Origin: a virus
Taxonomy: Duplodnaviria > Caudoviricetes
IMG/VR virus record: IMGVR_UViG_2541047295_000015
Span: 1 to 64,000 of that record
Strand: one strand, 5' to 3'
DNA: 64,000 bases
Part shown: positions 21,153 to 29,547 of the stretch, one piece after another
Layout: each line of letters begins with the position of its first letter
Position numbering within the stretch: the first letter of the stretch is position 1
Translations under genes and position numbers: made by a program
The notes under the pieces: generated by a model
The model's database searches: none
Told to the model about the DNA's origin: nothing
Seen by the model: only the letters and a program-made list of their open reading frames with translations

Positions 21153-21273
21153 ATATAAAAAGGCTCTACAGACTTTGCGAGCAGTAGAACCTTTTAAAGA
21201 GTTGATATAATCATCAACAAAGTTAATTTGATTATATCAGTCTCTCAGTAAAAAAACAAATAAAAAGGGAGAT

Positions 21274-22110
21274 GTGTGTATGAGTAATGAAAAAAGAAAT
21301 GAAGTGTTCACAAATGAACAATTGGGTACAAGTGTTAGAATGATAAGTTATGAAGATGGAAGCATAGGTATTAATGCTGAAGACACAGCAATAGGTTTTG
21401 GATGGTATCAAACTCAAAATAAGAACGGGAAACAGTATATCTCAATTAGATGGGAAACAATAAATAAATATTGTAAAGAATTTGGTTTCCCCAACAAACT
21501 GGGGAAAGATGATTACATACCAGAATCATTGTTTTACATGTTAGGAATGAAAGCTAAAAATGAAGCAGCATTAAAATTTCAAAAATGGTTAGCTACAGAT
21601 GTAATACCAACTATCCGTAAACATGGAGCATATCTAACTGACACAAAGATAGAAGAAATATTATCTAATACAGACACAATCATAAGACTTGCCACAGATC
21701 TAAAAGAAGAAAGAGAAAAGAGAAAAGCTTTAGAAGTAACAAATAATAAACAACAACAAATCATAGGTGAACTTAAACCAAAAGCAGACTATACAGATTT
21801 GATACTTAGAAATAAAGGATTGGTAACTATAACTCAGATAGCTAAAGATTATGGAATGAGTGGTAAAGCTATGAATAAGAAACTACATGAATTAGGAATT
21901 CAATTCAAACAGAGTGGACAATGGTTATTATATAGTGATTATCAAAGTAAAGGATATACTCATTCTGAAACAATAGATATTGTAAAGGCTGATGGAACTC
22001 CTGACATTAAAATGAATACTAAATGGACTCAAAAAGGAAGATTGATGATATATAAGAAATTAAAATCTATTGGAGTATTACCTATTATAGAACTTGAAGA
22101 AGTTTGTTAG
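21274..22110 (+). CDS. Phage antirepressor (BRO-N-like plus KilA-C/ANT domain)
   Basis: FQKWLATDVIPTIRKHGAY; LKPKADY...ITQIAKDYG...KWTQKGR. Confidence 0.85.
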   Translation: MCMSNEKRNEVFTNEQLGTSVRMISYEDGSIGINAEDTAIGFGWYQTQNKNGKQYISIRWETINKYCKEFGFPNKLGKDDYIPESLFYMLGMKAKNEAALKFQKWLATDVIPTIRKHGAYLTDTKIEEILSNTDTIIRLATDLKEEREKRKALEVTNNKQQQIIGELKPKADYTDLILRNKGLVTITQIAKDYGMSGKAMNKKLHELGIQFKQSGQWLLYSDYQSKGYTHSETIDIVKADGTPDIKMNTKWTQKGRLMIYKKLKSIGVLPIIELEEVC

Positions 22111-22119
22111 GTGAATGAT

Positions 22120-22209
22120 ATGAGAGATGAATTGAAAAGATTAATTGATTTATTGGATGATGGAGTTGTGGGTATAGTGTATTCTTTTGTAGCTGTATTT
22201 TTCAAGTAA
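22120..22209 (+). CDS. 29-aa peptide with a hydrophobic C-terminus
   Basis: aggtga RBS; MRDELKRLIDLLDDGVVGIVYSFVAVFFK; below the ORF-track cutoff. Confidence 0.45.
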   Translation: MRDELKRLIDLLDDGVVGIVYSFVAVFFK

Positions 22210-22413
22210 TTATATGGAAGGTAATTTAGAATAGAACTAGATTTAGTTAAATATATTGTTAAATAGTATGTATTATATATGTTAAAGTACTTTTATCTAT
22301 AAATTAGTACTTTAACATACTTAAAATATACTTAAATATGTATAAGACAACTTAAATATGTTAATATATAAAATAAAGAATAAATTGTTTTTATATATTA
22401 TAATAAATGTTTA

Positions 22414-23619
22414 ATGAATGGAAGTGATAAAATGAATAGATTATTGGCAGAACAAGTTTTTAAGCCAGGTGCTTTTCCAGAATATACATATGTATCAAGA
22501 AAATCAACTGATTTAGGTATAGACTATGAACTTAGACTAAGACAAGCCTTAAAGGTTTCTGGTTATTTGACTTCTATAATTGGCCCATCTAAGATGGGTA
22601 AGACTGTTTTATGTGAAAAAGTTATAGCTTTAGAAAATCTTATAGAAATGTCGGGAGTAGATTTTAAAGATAGCGAAGATTTTTGGAACATTATAGGAGT
22701 GAAAGTGGGTTTATCTGTTAGCGGAGAATTTGGAGAGGTAAACCTAAAGGGAAATATGGAATCAAAAAAAGAAATTAATAAATCTGAAAAATTTGTATTA
22801 AATAAAGACAGAGTAATCGAATATTTTAAAGATAATGGACTAGTATTAGTGCTTGATGATTTTCATTATGCTTCAGAAGATGTTCAAATACATATAGCTC
22901 AGCAATTGAAAGATGCTATAAGAAAAGAGTTTAAAGCAATAGTAATATCACTTCCTCATAGAGCAGATGATGCTATAAGAAAAAATGCAGATTTGACAGG
23001 TAGGATTAACTCAATAAATATAGAACCTTGGAAGGAATCAGAGCTAGAACAAATTGCAATAAAAGGATTTCGAGAACTGGGTATAAATATTAAAAATGAT
23101 ATATCCAGAAAGATATCTATAGAAAGTTTAACTTCTCCTCAATTAATGCAGTATATATGTTTAAGCATATGCACATTAATAGATTCAGATACAGGAAATA
23201 TTAAAGAAGTGCCAGAAGATGTTTTGGAAATAGCATATAAGTTTACAACTATAAATCTAAATTATAATGATGTTGTAAAAATACTAAAGGAAGGCCCTAA
23301 TCCAAGAGGAAATAAGAGAAAGTTGTATAAAACTAATATAGATAAAGAACTAGATATATATGGATTAATAGTAGAATCTATAAGGAAAAATCCTCCTTTA
23401 GTTGGACTAACATTGGACGAACTTAAAAGAAGAATAGATGATTTAATTATATGTGATATAAAAAAACCAGATAAAAAAACCATTAGAGAATCACTTAATA
23501 AAATACAAAACATTATAACTGAAAAGGATGGTATTTATAAAGTACTAGAATGGAAGGATAATGTAGTTCATATTTTAGACCCATTATTTTTATTTTATCT
23601 GAGATGGGGAACATATTAA
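22414..23619 (+). CDS. P-loop (AAA/STAND-like) ATPase
   Basis: Walker A GPSKMGKT, Walker B VLVLDDFH, winged-helix-like end DPLFLFYLRW. Confidence 0.8.
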   Translation: MNGSDKMNRLLAEQVFKPGAFPEYTYVSRKSTDLGIDYELRLRQALKVSGYLTSIIGPSKMGKTVLCEKVIALENLIEMSGVDFKDSEDFWNIIGVKVGLSVSGEFGEVNLKGNMESKKEINKSEKFVLNKDRVIEYFKDNGLVLVLDDFHYASEDVQIHIAQQLKDAIRKEFKAIVISLPHRADDAIRKNADLTGRINSINIEPWKESELEQIAIKGFRELGINIKNDISRKISIESLTSPQLMQYICLSICTLIDSDTGNIKEVPEDVLEIAYKFTTINLNYNDVVKILKEGPNPRGNKRKLYKTNIDKELDIYGLIVESIRKNPPLVGLTLDELKRRIDDLIICDIKKPDKKTIRESLNKIQNIITEKDGIYKVLEWKDNVVHILDPLFLFYLRWGTY

Positions 23620-23639
23620 TTAGAATGGGGTAAATTAAA

Positions 23640-24413
23640 TTGAGTCAAAAAGTAGAATTAATTTCAAACTTACTTAGCGAATTAGAAGCAATGAGTGATA
23701 TAAGACTAATTAAAGAGTATATAGACAATATAGATATTTTAAATATTCCTTTTAGCCAAACTGAAAAATCTGATATTGATAGATTATTGATGTATCAAGA
23801 AAATGATTTTTCTAATATGGCTACTAGAAAAAGTATCTTATCTGCTAAGTCTAGGTTAACAACTTACTTAAGGTCATTGTTAAATAACATTGAAAATAAA
23901 ACTAATTTAAGTAATATGGGTGTATTTACTGAAGATGTCGCCAAAATGATTATAAGAAATGTGCTGAGTAATTTTTATATGCATATATATGAAATGTATG
24001 AAGCTAATACTCATGGGAAGGCACATATAACTAAAGATAAATTAAATGATATAAAAATAGGAAACGAATATGATGTTCAGAGGATTTTATATTCAATTAT
24101 AAAACCTATTTTTCCAGACTCAAGGGTAGAAGTCAGTGATGATACAGGAAATGCATCTATTAGATATGATATATTCATAGAGCAGTATGACTTAGTTATA
24201 GAAGTTAAGTGTTCTAGAGAATCTATGACGGAGAAGAAGTTAACAGAAGAAATAGGCTCAGATGGGTTTCACTATAACTATAGGAACATATTTTTCTTTA
24301 TATATGATAAAAATAGAGTTATAAAAAATAAAGTGGCATTTGTTAATACATATACTAGATGTGATGAAAATAAAAATATAGAAACAATAGTTATTCAACC
24401 TATAAATCTATAA
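23640..24413 (+). CDS. Protein with a C-terminal PD-(D/E)xK restriction-like nuclease domain (DpnII/MboI-like)
   Basis: NEYDVQ...FPD.R.E...RYDI...VIEVK...D..HY...FFIYD. Confidence 0.7.
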   Translation: MSQKVELISNLLSELEAMSDIRLIKEYIDNIDILNIPFSQTEKSDIDRLLMYQENDFSNMATRKSILSAKSRLTTYLRSLLNNIENKTNLSNMGVFTEDVAKMIIRNVLSNFYMHIYEMYEANTHGKAHITKDKLNDIKIGNEYDVQRILYSIIKPIFPDSRVEVSDDTGNASIRYDIFIEQYDLVIEVKCSRESMTEKKLTEEIGSDGFHYNYRNIFFFIYDKNRVIKNKVAFVNTYTRCDENKNIETIVIQPINL

Positions 24414-24521
24414 ATCAATTTAGGGTATTTTCATTTAAATCTACATGATAGACTACATAGAGGTGATTTAGGATAAAAGGAAGGTAATTTAGGTTACCTT
24501 CCTTTTGGAGAAGGTGAGATT

Positions 24522-26219
24522 ATGGTTAAAGATGTTAAGTTGAAGAAGGGTATGTGGAGAGATGAAGTTAATAGATTGTTGAAGGAACATGATATTGATT
24601 TAGAGCTGGTTGATGAAATATATGGTGGAGCATCAGAAGTTAGTAATTGGAAGTGTAAATGTGGAGAAGTATTTACAAGAAGATGGAGTTATGTAAAAAA
24701 AACAGAATTAAATTCTTGCATAAAATGCGTGAAAAATAGTTTGTCAAAAGAGATATCTAATGTTAAAAGTAATAATATAAGAGAAGTTAAAATATTAAAA
24801 GGTATGGATAAAAAATATGTAAATAAAATATTAGAAAAATGGATTGAATTATTAGATGATACATATGAGGGTTCTAAGTATGTTCATAATTGGAAATGTA
24901 AATGTGGTCAAATATTTGAAAGAAAATATGAAGATATAAGAATAGGTAATAGTTATAAGTGTAAAAAATGTACAGCTATAATAAAAAATAGAGTTAATAA
25001 TATAAAAAATATTAAAATATTAAAAGGTATGAATAAAAAAGAGATAAATCTATTAATTAGAGAGTGGTTAATCTTAGAAGATGACATATACTTAGGATAT
25101 AAATATAAACATAATTGGAAGTGTAAATGTGGTCAAATATTTGAAAGGACTTGGGATTCAATAAAGAGAAATAATAGTATACAATGTAAAAAATGTACCT
25201 TTAATATAAAAAATAACCCTAACATTATAACTGAAGTATATTTAGAAAAAAATATGACAAAAGAAAATGTGAATAAACTAATTAGAGAGTGGTTAACTTT
25301 AGAAGATGATGTATTTTTAGAGCATCACTATAATCATAATTGGAAATGTAAATGTGGAAATACATTTAAAAGAACTTGGTCGAAGATAAAAGTCAGAGAA
25401 AATTATATTTGTGATGAATGTAGGTATAAATTACAAGAAGATAGATATAGATATGAAGTAGAAAAAGATGGTGAATACGAATATATAAAAAGTATTAGAA
25501 AAAATGAATACTTATCTAGTGGTGAAATTGTAAGAAGTAGCCCATATATAAAAATCAAACACAAATATTGTGATAGTATATATGAAATTCCAGCTGCTCA
25601 ATTTATTGATGTTGGAATTCGATGTTCAAATTGTTGTCAAAAACGTGAAAATTCTTTTGCCTATTATATTGAAGAAGAATTGAGTGAGCAATTAGAGACT
25701 TATTGGGATTTTAAAAGAAATAAAGTAAATCCACATTATATATATAAAAATTATATTGGTAATAAAAACAATAAAGAAAAAATTTGGATTAAATGCACTG
25801 AAAATAAGAATCATCCTTCATATCAAACTATGTCATATTCATTTATAAAAGGTTCTAGATGTCCAATTTGCTCTGAATCTAAGGGAGAAAAAAGAATTAG
25901 AAATTATTTTAATGGTAAAAACATTGAGTATCATATGCAACAAGAGTTTGATGAATTGTTTGGTTTGGGAGATAGAAATTTATCGTATGATTTTTATTTG
26001 CCTAATTATAAATTGCTGATAGAATATCAAGGTGAATTTCATGATGGAACAATAACTGGAAGTTATAAAGAATATTTTAATCTAGAGAAACAACAAGAAC
26101 ATGATAAAAGAAAAAGAGAGTATGCTAAAAATAATGGATATAAGTTATTAGAAATATGGTATTGGGATTTTGATAATATAGAAGAAATATTAGATAGAGA
26201 AATAAGAAATCTGCTTTAA
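24522..26219 (+). CDS. Free-standing putative homing endonuclease: repeated zinc-ribbon modules plus a Vsr/DUF559-like nuclease
   Basis: Four NWKCKCG..F.R....C..C repeats, further CxxC modules, C-terminal YDFYLP..LLIEYQGEFHD...HDKRK..YA...LLEIWY. Confidence 0.7.
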   Translation: MVKDVKLKKGMWRDEVNRLLKEHDIDLELVDEIYGGASEVSNWKCKCGEVFTRRWSYVKKTELNSCIKCVKNSLSKEISNVKSNNIREVKILKGMDKKYVNKILEKWIELLDDTYEGSKYVHNWKCKCGQIFERKYEDIRIGNSYKCKKCTAIIKNRVNNIKNIKILKGMNKKEINLLIREWLILEDDIYLGYKYKHNWKCKCGQIFERTWDSIKRNNSIQCKKCTFNIKNNPNIITEVYLEKNMTKENVNKLIREWLTLEDDVFLEHHYNHNWKCKCGNTFKRTWSKIKVRENYICDECRYKLQEDRYRYEVEKDGEYEYIKSIRKNEYLSSGEIVRSSPYIKIKHKYCDSIYEIPAAQFIDVGIRCSNCCQKRENSFAYYIEEELSEQLETYWDFKRNKVNPHYIYKNYIGNKNNKEKIWIKCTENKNHPSYQTMSYSFIKGSRCPICSESKGEKRIRNYFNGKNIEYHMQQEFDELFGLGDRNLSYDFYLPNYKLLIEYQGEFHDGTITGSYKEYFNLEKQQEHDKRKREYAKNNGYKLLEIWYWDFDNIEEILDREIRNLL

Positions 26220-26296
26220 GTAGACTTCTTATTTGTAGTATAAATTTTCCTTTAGACTTGATATAATTAAAGTATCAGAGTAGAGGGGGAAATATT

Positions 26297-27010
26297 ATGG
26301 AAGAATATTTAGGTGGTTTAATCTTTATAGGAGTAGTTGTAGGTTCTTTTATTATTTATTGTTTTATATCAAATGTAATAGATAATGCCAAAGAAAAAGA
26401 AGCTAGATTAGAACGAATAGCAGAAAGAAATAGAGAAAAAACAAAAGTAGAACAGGCGATACAAAAAAATATTTCAATGTCTAAATGTCAAGCTTTTGGT
26501 AACTCAAATAGTGACAGTGTGATATTGAGTAATAATGGTAAAATATCTATTATTCATGCTGGATTTAAGACAGCAGTTAAAAAAAATATAGAGGATTTAG
26601 TAAGTATTAAATTTAATATGCAAGTTAGTGAAAAAAATCAGATGAGAATAATATCTATAGTTCCTACATATGATAAATATACTTTTGTAGAAAAAATATA
26701 TTTAACCTTGATATTTGAACTTAACACTTATGAGGTATTTTATATTCCAGAATATAAAAATATAAATAATGTAGACATTCAAGAAAAAATAAAAGAAATG
26801 GAAAGGTTTAAATTAGTTGTAGAGAATGAAGCAACTAAATTTAAAAATGCTAAAATAGAAAGCAATAATAATATAAAAAAAGATGATGATGAGGATATAT
26901 CTAAAATTTCAAATGCATTAAAAGAATTACAGAGTTTGAAAGAGCAAGAAATATTAACAGAAGAAGAATTTAATGAAAAGAAAAAAGTATTATTGGAGAA
27001 AATTAAATAA
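26297..27010 (+). CDS. Membrane protein with a C-terminal SHOCT domain
   Basis: N-terminal transmembrane helix; LKELQSLKEQEILTEEEFNEKKKVLL. Confidence 0.8.
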   Translation: MEEYLGGLIFIGVVVGSFIIYCFISNVIDNAKEKEARLERIAERNREKTKVEQAIQKNISMSKCQAFGNSNSDSVILSNNGKISIIHAGFKTAVKKNIEDLVSIKFNMQVSEKNQMRIISIVPTYDKYTFVEKIYLTLIFELNTYEVFYIPEYKNINNVDIQEKIKEMERFKLVVENEATKFKNAKIESNNNIKKDDDEDISKISNALKELQSLKEQEILTEEEFNEKKKVLLEKIK

Positions 27011-27069
27011 AAATATTAAGACAGTTAATATACTGTCTTTTTTTATGTATTGAAAAAGGAGTTGGTTAA

Positions 27070-28542
27070 ATGGCAGAAGAGTTTAAAATTAAGACCAGTA
27101 TTGAACTTGATGACAAAAAGGCTAGGCAACAATTAGCATCATTGAAGACATCTGCAAAAGAAAATAATATAAAATTAAATGTAGAAATGAACACATCATC
27201 TCTAAATAATTTGAAACAATTAGAGAACACATTAAAACAAATTAATAAACTTAGTAGAGAAACACAAAACGGATTATTTGGTGGAAAGGGTAGCTCGAAT
27301 GGAAATATAAATAAGTTAACTTCTCAATATGATAACTTTAAGAAGAAAATAGAGTCTACTCAAAGACAATTAAAGAAATTTACTCAGACAAACATTTTAG
27401 ATAACAAGCAAATAGGAGAAATTAACAAACTATCAGGAGAATTGAAAAGATTATCCAATATTAAATTAGATGGCTTAAATTCAAAAGCCTTATCGGATTT
27501 ATCAAATGTTCAGTCTAAATTTGCTAATATGAAAATACCAGATATGAATACGAAAATGGCTTCTCAATTTAAAACTCTTCAAAATGAAGCTGGTAAATTA
27601 GCAAATAAAATAGAATCATTAGGTAAATCTGGATACGCAGATACATCTAAACTACAAGGTTTATCAAACTCGTTAAAGTCAATTCAAAATTTAAATCTTA
27701 AAAATCTAACTTCTAACCAAATACAATCAGAAATACAAAAGCTAGAACAATTAAAAAATAAAGTTAAAGAAGTAGAAAATGCTACTAAAAACACTAAATT
27801 AGATGCTAAATTTAATATGAATCTTTCTAAAGTAATTTCAGATTTAAATAGGCTTAGACAAAAATGTGTAGAATTGGGTCAATCAACTGCTGGAATTGAT
27901 AAACTTGAAAAAGAATTAATGCAATTAAATGGTATGCCTCTAGGTCAAAAAGTAAAAGAATTAGATTCGATAAAAAGTAGACTAAGCAATATGAAATCTA
28001 ATTTCACAGGATTAGGAACTAGTGTAAAAACAACAAGTGGTTTCTTTAGTGACTTATATAATTCAATGAGAACTTATACTTTAGGTAATATGATAGGTAT
28101 GTCTATTACAAATGGTGTAAGAAATATAAAAACAACTATTGTTGAATTAGATAGTGCATTAAGAGATATGATGAAAGTAGCCCCTGATAATTTTGAAGGG
28201 ACAAGTGAGCAATTAAAGAATGTAAAAAATGAAGCAATTTCAATAGGGAAAGATACTGCTAGAGCATCAGAAGATATAATTCAAGGTGTATCTAAAGCTT
28301 TGCAGACAGGTGTAAAGTCTGTATCAGACAGTTTAAAGATAGCTAAACAATCAGCAGTTTTTGCAAATGTTGGTGATTTAGACCAAGAAACTGCCGATAA
28401 GTACTTAACTAGTGTCATGTCCGCTTATGGTGGAATGACAAAAGCATTAAAACCAATTAAAGATACTAGAGTTCAAATCAAAGGAATGAGTAAAGATTAT
28501 GATAATCTCACAAAGTTTCTTGATTTATCGAACTATGCAGGT
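27070..28542 (+). CDS. Tape measure protein, exon 1
   Basis: Coiled-coil N-terminus entering a TP901-type tape measure core (ELDSALRDMMKV...SEDIIQG...FANVGD); ends NYAG at a group I 5' splice site. Confidence 0.85.
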
Positions 28543-28800
28543 TAATAAAATAGCCCCTTTATATAGAAATATATAATTGAACTCAGAATATGCTGGAAAC
28601 TCCTTAGAGCCTTAATTAGTAAGTGTATTTGGAAACTTATACATCATCTGAAAATATTAAGGATTGGACAATCAGCAGAGATAGACCTAAGTTCAAAAAA
28701 AAGAATATGGTAAGCTCTCAACGACTACCAATGAGCATCCTAAATGGGTGATGGTATAGTCTATTCCCTTTTAAATATCGAGAAATCGAGGGTATAAAAG
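28543..28800 (+). ncRNA. Group I intron 1 in the tape measure gene (258 nt, no ORF)
   Basis: P1 ggU|ua...uaGcc with U-G wobble; P tgctggaaa, Q aatcagcag, R tcaacgacta, S ggtatagtct; terminal G at 28800. Confidence 0.9.
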
Positions 28801-28827
28801 AATAATTTTGCAATAACAACTGGCGAT
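28801..28827 (+). CDS. Tape measure protein, exon 2 (NNFAITTGD)
   Basis: 27 nt; completes the AGNNFAITT motif. Confidence 0.85.
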
Positions 28828-29132
28828 TAATTTTAGTCGCACTATATAGTAATATGTAGTTAAAAACTCCTTTAATTGCTGGGAACTCCTTAGAGCTAAC
28901 TAAACTACAACATAATTGGAAACGATAAATGTGAATGTTTAAAAATTAGTTGGATTGGACAATCAGCATCCAAGCTCCGTATGGGAGAAGGTTCAACGAC
29001 TATTATGTAGATTCAAGTGAATCGAAATGGGGAGCATCCTTAAAGGATGAAGATATAGTCTCGTCTTTATAGAGATATAAAGAAGTTCATAAGAGAACTG
29101 ATTAGGACTAACGAACCTAATTGAAGGTATCG
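28828..29132 (+). ncRNA. Group I intron 2 in the tape measure gene (305 nt, no ORF)
   Basis: P1 gcgaU|u...aGucgc; P aattgctggga, Q aatcagca, R ttcaacgacta, S gaagatatagtct; terminal G at 29132 (alternative in-frame G at 29126). Confidence 0.88.
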
Positions 29133-29273
29133 GTAGGAGCAGCGTTACAGCGAAGTGCGAGCATGTTATCATCAGCAGGTGTCTCTATGGAGGACTCTGT
29201 TGCATTGATAATTGGAGGAAATGAATCTGTACAAAATGCTGAAAAAGTAGGTACAGCACTCAAAACAATTGGT
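29133..29273 (+). CDS. Tape measure protein, exon 3 (VGAALQRSAS...KVGTALKTIG)
   Basis: 141 nt, 47 codons with no stop; typical tape measure core sequence. Confidence 0.88.
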
Positions 29274-29547
29274 TAATAAAATAGCCCCTTTATATAGTGA
29301 TATATAATTGAACTCAGAATATCAGGGAAAGTCCTTAGAGCTTTAATTACCAAGCATTAGAGAAATCAAAATGTGGCATTGCTAATCACAATGGTATGGT
29401 AATAAGATTAAAGATTGGATAATCCTGAGACACAGTCCTAAGTCAATTAATAAGGAAAGGTCGCAACGACTATCAATGAGCATCCTAAATGGATGATGGT
29501 ATAGTCTATTCCCATTTTTAAATATCTGGAAACAGAGGGTATTAAAG
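29274..29547 (+). ncRNA. Group I intron 3 in the tape measure gene (274 nt, no ORF), paralog of intron 1
   Basis: Same 5' end taataaaatagcccctttatatag as intron 1; P tcagggaaa / Q aatcctgag covary; R gcaacgacta, S ggtatagtct; terminal G at 29547. Confidence 0.9.

Noticed and set aside
27070-28545. 491-aa ORF as a standalone gene
   Set aside because: Its stop codon is the first three bases of intron 1 and the protein motif continues in the micro-exons
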